In this document: positions 52,826 to 61,064 of the stretch, piece by piece
How the letters are laid out: each line of letters starts with the position of its first letter
Position numbering within the stretch: position 1 is the stretch's first letter
NCBI RefSeq assembly: GCF_006345805.1
Contig: NW_021832575.1
Span: 1 to 61,064, forward strand
DNA: 61,064 nucleotides
DNA from: Octopus sinensis
Lineage: Eukaryota
Direction of reading: 5' to 3'
Position numbers and translations under genes: made by a program
The notes under the pieces: model-generated
Told to the model about the DNA's origin: nothing
Database searches by the model: none
What the model saw: the letters and a program-made list of their open reading frames with translations, nothing else

Positions 52826-53939
52826 ATACATGCATAACGACACGATGATCAGTGGGACGTATAGATTAGCTACACGGGGGCGGGGTGGAAGTAACAGGCG
52901 AATAGGCCTCCACCACCACCACGACCACCACCACTATTACTATTACTACTGCCTTCATTCTGTACACACCTCACATTCCATCAGACCTTTTGCACCCCAC
53001 TCACCTGCCACTGAGCCTTTCAGCCCTTCACCCCCTACTGGACCTTTCTCCATCCCCTAATCTCCCCATCTCCCAGGTTATTAGACATTCCAAAACATCT
53101 CTCTCTCTCCCTCTCTCCCTCTCTAAACTACTTTATCATAGACCTTCCCACTATTCGATTTTACTCTGTCTCCTCTCTCCCATCTTCCCCCCTCTCTCTC
53201 TCTATTTCTATGTTTTCTTTCTTCCTCCTTCCCTCGTTACTTCATCTGACATGCATTTCCCCCCTTCTCTGCCTTTCATTTCACTCCCACTCCCCCCTAT
53301 TTCTCTCACTTTCAAAATACCTTTGTTTCTCACAACATATTTCTCTCTCTCTCTCCCCCTTTATTTATCCCCCTCTCTCTCCCCTTTTCATCTGTCCCCT
53401 TCCCTCACCCCCTCTCTCTCTCTTTCTCTCTCTCTCTCTTATTGTCTCACTATTCCCGTCCATCGTCAGCAGCCGAGTCCAATTAAAGAACTCTGCTGTC
53501 ATGGTAATTCCTTATCACACACTTCTCCCTACCCCCACCCTATCCACCAACGCCTTCAAGCAAAACTTCCCCCACCACCTCACCAAGCAACCATCATCAT
53601 CACCGCAACTCTTAACAACCACCATAACCACCACCACCACCACCATCACCACCATTACCTCCAGCGCCATCTTTTCACCAAAGCAATTTCTTTTTAACAG
53701 AAACACTTCAAGACAAAGATTCTTTCACTGTTCCTTTTATTTTGTTCAGCCTGTTGTTTATTATAAATATTCTCTCCCTAGCTCCGTCATCATCTGCCGG
53801 GGTACTCCGAGTTTTATATCTCCTACTGTTGCACTCCGAAGTACGACACATTTCCATTAACTCTTATCTTCATCTACAAGTGTACTTGCAACGTATATGC
53901 ATGTATGTATGTATGTATGTATGACAGAGGGAAAATAGT

Positions 53940-53994
<55 letters not shown>

Positions 53995-53996
53995 TT

Positions 53997-54035
<39 letters not shown>

Positions 54036-54137
54036 ATAGATGGACATATGTGTATGTGTGTGTAAAGAGAGAGACGTGGGGGAGATAGACAGAGGGAATA
54101 GGTAAATAAATATCGATATATATATATTGATGGATAT

Positions 54138-54182
<45 letters not shown>

Positions 54183-55072
54183 TATATATATACATATGTA
54201 TATATGTGTTGTGTATGGAGAGAGAGGGAGAGGGGGAGGGGGAGAGTTGAACTCCTCGAATATTCTCCCCCACCACCGCCAACTTCCATCAGTAGTCGTA
54301 ATTTAACACCTTAACTCTCAGCCCCCATTCATTCTGGTTCTTCCCTCTATTCCTTCCTCTTCCGTTAGGGAGGTTCGCTATACCACCACCTCCTCCTCCT
54401 TTATCTCACCACTCTCTCTCCCCTCTCTCCCCTCTCTCCCTCTCTCTCACTCCCCTTTCCCTTCCCCGACCTAAACAGTGAAACATGACCCCTACAGATA
54501 TTTGTTTCAGCAGGCCCACTTCTTTGAACATGTTGAATTCAAGTTTCTTCGTGTAGGTAGGGTGATCCCTCGCCCCCTTTCCCAGTCAGTAGGTGTGTGT
54601 GTGTGTGTGTGTGTGTGTAGTGTGCCCTTGTATATAAATCTCTCATCCTAACCCAGCAACTTAGCTATGTCGATACATACACACATACTTACACACACAT
54701 GTATATAATATATATGCATATATATATTATATACATACATACATACATACATACATACACGTTACATTCATTTATACATACAGACGTGTGTGTATGTGCG
54801 TGCGTGTGTGCATAAAAGTTTGCATGTACAAACTGGAGAAAGTGTACTCAATACAAGCAGTAGAGTTTGTTTATTCTTCGGAGTTTATCCGTTGCTTCAA
54901 AGTCTGCTAAACAATTCAGAACGCCAGCAGATTTCAGCGTGGTGGATTGGGAAGACGTTTCAAAGGGTTTAAATGTGTGTTGAGAAAAATAGGATTTTTT
55001 GTATCAAACCCGAAACCGGTCCACATGTATACCTGTACCGTTAAATTATATAGCTTTATGCTCTATAGGTAT

Positions 55073-55264
55073 ACTCTTTTTACTCTTTTACTTGTCAAGC
55101 GATGTTGGGGGTGGGTGGGTGGACAAACACTGGGACACGACAGGCTTCTTTCAGTTTCCAACTACCAATTCCACTCACAAGGTTTGGTCGGCCCGAGGTT
55201 ACAGTAGAAGACGCTTGACCAATGTGCCACGCAGTGGGACTAAACCTGGAACCATTCCTGCGCC
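55073..55264 (-). mobile_element. SINE family C, internally deleted
   Basis: ctcttttacttg joined directly to tcaagcgatgttgggg; cgacaggcttctttcagtttcc. Confidence 0.8.
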
Positions 55265-55334
55265 TAATTTGTCCTTAAACATATATATCAAAATAAGCAA
55301 CAAGGATATCCAGAGGTAATGTAGTACGATCGTT

Positions 55335-55910
55335 TCAAGCAACTCCATTTAATTGAACAGTTATCAATGCCAAACTTTTGCGCCAGTTACTCCAAGACTT
55401 TCCTGGTAGTGCTATTGATATTGTTCCTATCTTCATTCCAAGGAACATAACTTCAGTGTTTTCAATCACTCCCAGTGAATCATGGTGTGTGTGTCCTTGG
55501 TTACTTTGTGAGCTTTGCAGCAAAGGACAATCGTAGTTGGGAGCAATAATCCAGACGACTATAAGAGCAAATGACTCTCAGAGCACAAGTATAACTTCTT
55601 GGAACTTTACTTGAGAATTCTAAGAATTGACCCTGCAAATCATCTGTTCTTTCCATAAAATAAGCACGAAATTACAATTCCCAGATCTCACACAATATGA
55701 CTCATATTGTGCTATTGTACTTCCTTCCAGACGTGTTTGTTCAGGTTGCATATGTTCAGGAGCTAATTACGCAAAGATTGAAGCCTTCCTACACAGAATC
55801 GCTTCGCTTCTTCAGCCTATCTTTATTCAGTATCGAAGTCTTTTGTAGGCTTTGGATATCGTAGTATCACTGACAAAGCTAGTAAGGATTGTTGTGCTGA
55901 CAGCCGAGAA
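55335..55910 (-). mobile_element. Possible highly decayed LINE reverse-transcriptase fragment
   Basis: Weak motifs MQPEQTRLEGSTIAQ and AQKFGIDN in plausible order. Confidence 0.3.
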
Positions 55911-55999
55911 TAGAAGTTCGATAGAGTTATTACAAAAAACGTTTTGGTTTCAAGTCAGTCTTCCACAACACCTAATCCCGACTTGTTAACCCCTCGGTG

Positions 56000-56577
56000 C
56001 AGCGGTCCAAACCTTTTTGCATCATGGAACTGGGGATCACACACGAAATGCAATAAAATGCATAATGTATGATTTAGTTATTTAATACATATTACATATA
56101 TAATGCAAGTGAAGGCGCGTGGCTTAGTGGTTAGGGCATTCGGCTCATGATCGTAAGGTCGTGAGTTCAATTCCCGGCGACGTGTTGTATCCTTGAACAA
56201 GACACTTTACTTCACGTTGCTCCAGTCCACTCAGCTGGCAAAAATGAGTAGTACCTGTATTTCAAAACGGCCAGCCTTGTCACACTCTGTGTCACGCTGA
56301 ATTTCCCTGAGAACTATGTGAAGGGTACATGTGTCTGTGGAATGTTCAGCCTCTTGCACGTTAATTTTACGAGCGAGCTATTCCGTTGATCGTATCAACT
56401 GGGACCCTCGTCGTCGTAATCGACGGAGTGCTCTTCCTTTATATATAGTGCAAGAACCCTACTGCGATCGTCAATGAAATAGAAATAAAATTTTAAAATC
56501 TATTCTTTCTATGCAGCCCAGTACCCAACGATCCATGGCCCATTACTGGTCCGAGGCCCGATGGTTGGGGAGCTCTA
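56000..56577. mobile_element. hAT-like non-autonomous element interrupted by SINE A2
   Basis: Ends cagcggtccaaaccttttt and ctggtccgaggcccgatggttggggagctcta (degenerate TIRs of the caggggtccccaacc type). Confidence 0.55.
56109..56431 (+). mobile_element. SINE family A2, full length
   Basis: A and B boxes TGGCTTAGTGG and GAGTTCAATTC; 13-bp TSD atatata(a/g)tgcaa at 56096-56108 and 56441-56453. Confidence 0.92.
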
Positions 56578-56819
56578 CTTTCAAGAACCCACTACTGGCT
56601 GTTGTACAGCCACTTCAGCACGTTAGTTGTCTCAGTGAATCACAGAGTCTGAGTGTGACAGCTGCACTGATTGCGCTACTTCTTCGTGGCTTCTTGCTTA
56701 TCCTGTCAGAACGGAAGAGGATAAACATTAACGTGTGAATATCTGTATTTGATAAGTCTGTCTACCGACAGATGTATTTCAATTGGTGCAATGTAAATTG
56801 CTTGATTACACACGGAAAG

Positions 56820-57095
56820 GTCTTTCTGCTAATGAATTCTAATTACATTTGCAAAAGACCTTTGACAAGTCCAACTTGTGCTACATACTTTCCTTGCATA
56901 GCGCTTCACTCCCTTCAGAGCACAGGACATCAATGACTTCGCCCTACGGTTCTCCACTCTGACCAATCTTTTCTGCTTTCTTCCTTCTTTCTTCAATGCA
57001 GCTTCCTTTCGGATTTTGCTCCACCGCATCATATGTTTTCCCAAGGAAACGCCTTCCTCTCGCAGACCTTGATGGGTTTTGAATTGTCATCGATG
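56820..57095 (-). mobile_element. Decayed RTE-like LINE C-terminus
   Basis: IKVCERKAFPWENI, frameshift, then RWSKIRK...ENRRAK...TCQRSFANVIRIH (WE..DR..WR plus zinc-finger remnant). Confidence 0.5.
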
Positions 57096-57096
57096 A

Positions 57097-57288
57097 TTCT
57101 TTTATTCTTTTGACTGCAGCCATTCTGGAGCGCCGTCCTAAAGTGTCTTTAGTAGAATAAATCGACTATCGATGTCTTTTGCAGAACCGCTAAGTTACGG
57201 AGACGTAAACACACCAACATCGGTTGTCAAGCGATGGTGGCTGGACAAACACAGACACAAAGACACAGATACACATAAATATATACAT

Positions 57289-57330
<42 letters not shown>

Positions 57331-57510
57331 ACACACACACACATATATATACGACAGACTTCTTTCAGTTTCCGTCTACCAAATCCACTAACAAGGCTTT
57401 AGTCAGCCCAAGACTGCAATAGAAAACACTTGCCCAATGTGCCACGCAGTGGGACTGAACCTAGAACCATGTGGTTCGGAAGCAAGCTTCTTACCACACA
57501 GCAACGCCTT
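57097..57510 (-). mobile_element. SINE family C
   Basis: Both halves plus the internal microsatellite. Confidence 0.88.
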
Positions 57511-57839
57511 TCGCCCATAAAATTCAAAACGAGTACATAGATTATTTTATTGTTATTAATAATCGGTAGAGTTACAGAGTGACTCAAGGGCTGAGAGTTC
57601 TGTAACTTTGCTTTTCTTAGGTAGCTGTACTGGCCCCTGCGCAAACCCATTTTCACCTCTGAGAAGAGGTGTCCATATTAGTCAAGCCTCTATCCTTTGA
57701 CCTGCCCAGCATAAGAGGCGCTGCCAGGAGCTTTAGTCAATAGGGGATGGGGGTCTCTAAGGTAGGATTTTGAATTTTCCTTTTTTTTTAAAAAAAAAAG
57801 CAATGATTCCGTTTCTAGATTTCTTTTCATTATTCGTTT

Positions 57840-58062
57840 AAAATTTTGGAACAAAGCCAGAAATTTCTGGGGAGGAATGAAGTCGATTACGACGACCGCA
57901 TTGATTCACTGTTACTTAATTTATCAACCCCGAAAGGATGAAATGCAAAGTCGGCCTCGGCGCAATTTAAACTCAGAACGTAAGACGACGAGCTGGCAGG
58001 ATCGTTTGCTAAAACCCTCCCTTCAAATTTCAGGTCTTGTGCTTATAGTAGGAAGCATTATT
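57840..58062. mobile_element. Composite of two oppositely oriented SINE B pieces
   Basis: Minus-strand copy 57840-57988, then plus-strand head cgagctggcaggatcgtt joined to plus-strand tail aaatttcaggtcttgtgcttatagtag. Confidence 0.7.
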
Positions 58063-58528
58063 TAGTCAAACTATAACATAACTATGGCCACCGACACACT
58101 GTTTAAACAAGTTCAGCAGTGTCCATTGTTCTACTAAGCATCATATCCGCATCCCCAGGGTATACAACTTAAGCAAACTCATGAATATCACCGTTTAAAT
58201 TTCGCCAACGTACTCGAACGTCACCACAGCCGCCATTTTCCTCGGGGCGTTTTTTTTTTAGTGTTTGTTTTTCTTATTCTTTTTCATAATGAAGAGATAC
58301 ACTAGAGACAGCAGGTTGTTGCTATGGTGACAAATGAACTAAATTCAAATCAATGAATCAATCTAAAATAAAATGTGTCACCACCATCATGCACTAACAC
58401 ACACACACTAACCCTGTATTTCACGGTGACATATGGCAGTGTTTTGACAGTAACATGGCATACGTAATCAGCTGAACTTCTACGTACTTGCATTTATTTA
58501 GAGAGGTGGCGACCACTGGTGAAAGACG

Positions 58529-58578
<50 letters not shown>

Positions 58579-58711
58579 TGTGTATGTGTGTGTGTGTTGC
58601 ATATGAGGTCAAGAAGAGACAAAGAAAGATATAATATGCGAAATGTATGTATGCATGTGTATGTGTACGCGTGACTGTGCGCACGCGAATGTGTGTAAAT
58701 ATATACAGATA

Positions 58712-58754
<43 letters not shown>

Positions 58755-58842
58755 ATCTATCTATCTATCTATCTGCCTGTCTTATCTATCTATCTATCTA
58801 TCTGTCTATGTGCTTGGCATGCCTTTGTGTTTTTCCTTCACA

Positions 58843-59025
58843 CTGTCTGACAATTTGGTGTTGGTTTGTTTACGTCCCCATAACTTAGCAGTTCGGCGAA
58901 AGAGACCTTGAGAATAAGTGCCAACGTTCAAAAGAATACGTAGTGGGGTCGATTTGTTTGGACTAAGTCCGTTAAGTTGGTGCCCCAGAATGGTCGCAGT
59001 CCAATGACTAACACAAAAGAAAAGT
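58843..59025 (+). mobile_element. SINE family C, 3' half
   Basis: gtttacgtccccataacttagc...ggtgccccagaatggtcgcagtccaatgact. Confidence 0.85.
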
Positions 59026-59539
59026 AGATAGCGCGCGCGTGAATAGATAGATAGATAGATTGATAGCTAGATAGAGAGAGACAGACAGGTAGACAGACAA
59101 ATTGATAGATAGACTGCGCTGTACTAACTATACTATACCTTACTATTCATACATACATACACACATATGTGTGTGTGTGTGTGTGTGTGTATGCATATAT
59201 GGAAGGAAATGGAGGGACTCGTGCATAAAGTGAGTCGATTTGGATTCACAGAATTCTGCTCACTTTGATTAATGCAAAGAAATTAAAACCAAATTAATCT
59301 GAAGAAACTTGAGGACAAAAAAGAAGGCATTAGAGCAAATTATACTAATTGCAAATATTAGTTAATTACCAACATTAACCAAGTGAAAAGCAAACATTTA
59401 CCCCGACCCAAAATCTCGCCCCCGCTCCATTAGAAATATGACGTTGGATCTGGGTTTTTTTTGTTATTGTTTATGTTTTTTTTTTGTTAATTTGTTGCTG
59501 GAGGGGCAAGGGATGGTTTTTAAGCTATAATTAAATGCA

Positions 59540-59897
59540 ATGGCTGTGTGGTTAAGATGTTCTCTTTGCAACCGCAGTGTTTTGGGTTCAGTCCCACTGC
59601 GCAGCATCTTGAGCAAGTGTCTTCTTCTGTAGCCCCCGGACCAACCATGGGATTTGGTAAACGGAAACTGTGCGGAACCCGTCGTTTGTGTGTTTCTTCG
59701 TGTTTGTGCTGTATTTGTCCTTGACAGCTGTATTAGTTTGTTTACGTTCCTATAATTTATCTGCTCGGCAAAAGGGACAATAGAATACTTACTAGACTTA
59801 AAGAAAAGAACTGAGGTTGATTTGTTCGACTAAAAGTCTTTAGAGCAGTACTCCAGCGTGGCCACAATTCAGTGACTGAGACAAGTAAAAGGTAAAA
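59540..59897 (+). mobile_element. SINE family C, diverged full length
   Basis: atggctgtgtggttaag...gggttcagtcccactgcg...gactgagacaagtaaaa. Confidence 0.85.
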
Positions 59898-60563
59898 GAA
59901 GCCTTCACATGGGCATTCATCCAAATAAAAAATAGCAGCCAAATTTCCTTCATAACTGACTCGCGAGCGAGTATAACTTCGTAGTATGTACCATGTTTGT
60001 ACTATTTGTCGTCGATGCTTGGAGAATCGTGAAAATAGGCAGACACTCTCTCGGCCCTTTCGCTCTTGACCTAGCGGAACGTCTAGGATACATCCGATAG
60101 AGGGAAAGAGGGCCGCATTAGCACTGGGTTGGCACTCGTTTTCAGGTGAATCAGAGCGGTGAGCGGTATGTGTGTATGTGTGGTGGTTTTTTTTACAGTG
60201 ATATACATAATGGCGATAATGTAACACTATAAAACCAATGAGAGGGGCATATGGGGTACATCGTACCCGGACACTTCCTGGGATTTAAGAAAAAAGATGT
60301 TCATATATATTGAAGATAAATGTATACAGAAAGCAAGAGGAAGGGGACCCGAATGAAACCTTATACTTATCGGTAATAAAATTAGACTCGAATGCCCTGA
60401 ATGTATGGTTGATTTCTGAAGGGAGTTCAGTAATTGCTTATTAGTTTAACCAAGGAAGTTTACTAATTAATTAATTTTGCCACATGAGTTAATTAATTTC
60501 CTATTTAATAAATGAGGTATTTTTAGTATTTGGTGTTTGTAAGTGTATACGCAAATCTGGGAA

Positions 60564-60943
60564 GCACTCCGTCGGTTACGACGACGAGGGTTCCGGTTGA
60601 TCCGAATCAACGGAACAGCCTGCTCGTGAAATTAACGTGTAAGTGGCTGAGCACTCCACAGACACGTGTACCCTTAACGTAGTTCTCGGGGATATTCAGC
60701 GTAACACAGAGAGTGACAAGGCCGGCCCTTTGAAATACAGGTACAACAGAAACAGGAAGTAAGAGTGAGAGAAAGTTGTGGTGAAAGAGTACAGCAGGGG
60801 TCACCCCCCCCCCTGCCGGACCCTCGGGAGCTTTTTAGGTGTTTTCGCTCAATAAACACTCACAACGCCCGGTCTGGGAATCGAAACCGCGATCCTATGA
60901 CCGCGAGTCCGCTGCCCTAACCACTGGGCCATTGCGCCTCCAC
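60564..60943 (-). mobile_element. SINE family A3 (A2 tail, different central segment)
   Basis: Head gtggaggcgcaatggcccagtggttaggg, B box gtttcgattcc; ~170-bp tail shared with A2. Confidence 0.9.
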
Positions 60944-60984
60944 GTACGTAAATATATGTGTGGAGATACGGGACAGGAAGTGAG

Positions 60985-61064
60985 GACGCAGGTATGGCCG
61001 AATGGTTAAGAAGTTCACGTTACTATAAAAATTTTCTCTAGTTCAATCCCAGTGCTGCTCTAAT
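60985..61064 (+). mobile_element. Start of a SINE C-like head (cut by window end)
   Basis: gacgcaggtatggccgaatggttaagaagtt...gttcaatccc. Confidence 0.55.

Noticed and set aside
56109-56185. tRNA genes at SINE heads (also 43977, 60870-60943)
   Set aside because: A and B boxes present but no complete cloverleaf or poly-T terminator; each continues into a multi-copy SINE body.

Overview
This is eukaryotic, AT-rich, repeat-saturated DNA. The density of microsatellites and the tRNA-derived SINE families match what I recall of octopus (coleoid cephalopod) genomes; that assignment is from recall, not a database search. Nearly all ORFs in the supplied track are translated microsatellites. The one convincing host coding segment is a probable first coding exon at 37698-38236 (+), with AAACATG start context, an upstream in-frame stop and a GTAAGT donor. 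I do not recognise its Ser/Pro/Asp-rich product and found no second exon. The rest consists of about 30 SINE copies from several modular families (my labels A1/A2/A3/B/C/D) and decayed LINE fragments (RTE, L1/Tx1-like, an APE domain, an R4/NeSL-like end). There is also a non-autonomous Helitron, hAT- and Tc1/mariner-like MITEs, hairpins, minisatellites and local tandem duplications. The most unusual signal is a set of minimal type-I hammerhead-like motifs in Penelope-like repeats. One is a 210-bp TSD-flanked insertion whose core carries a compensatory G3:C8 swap. I found no CRISPR array, operon or other prokaryotic-type system.
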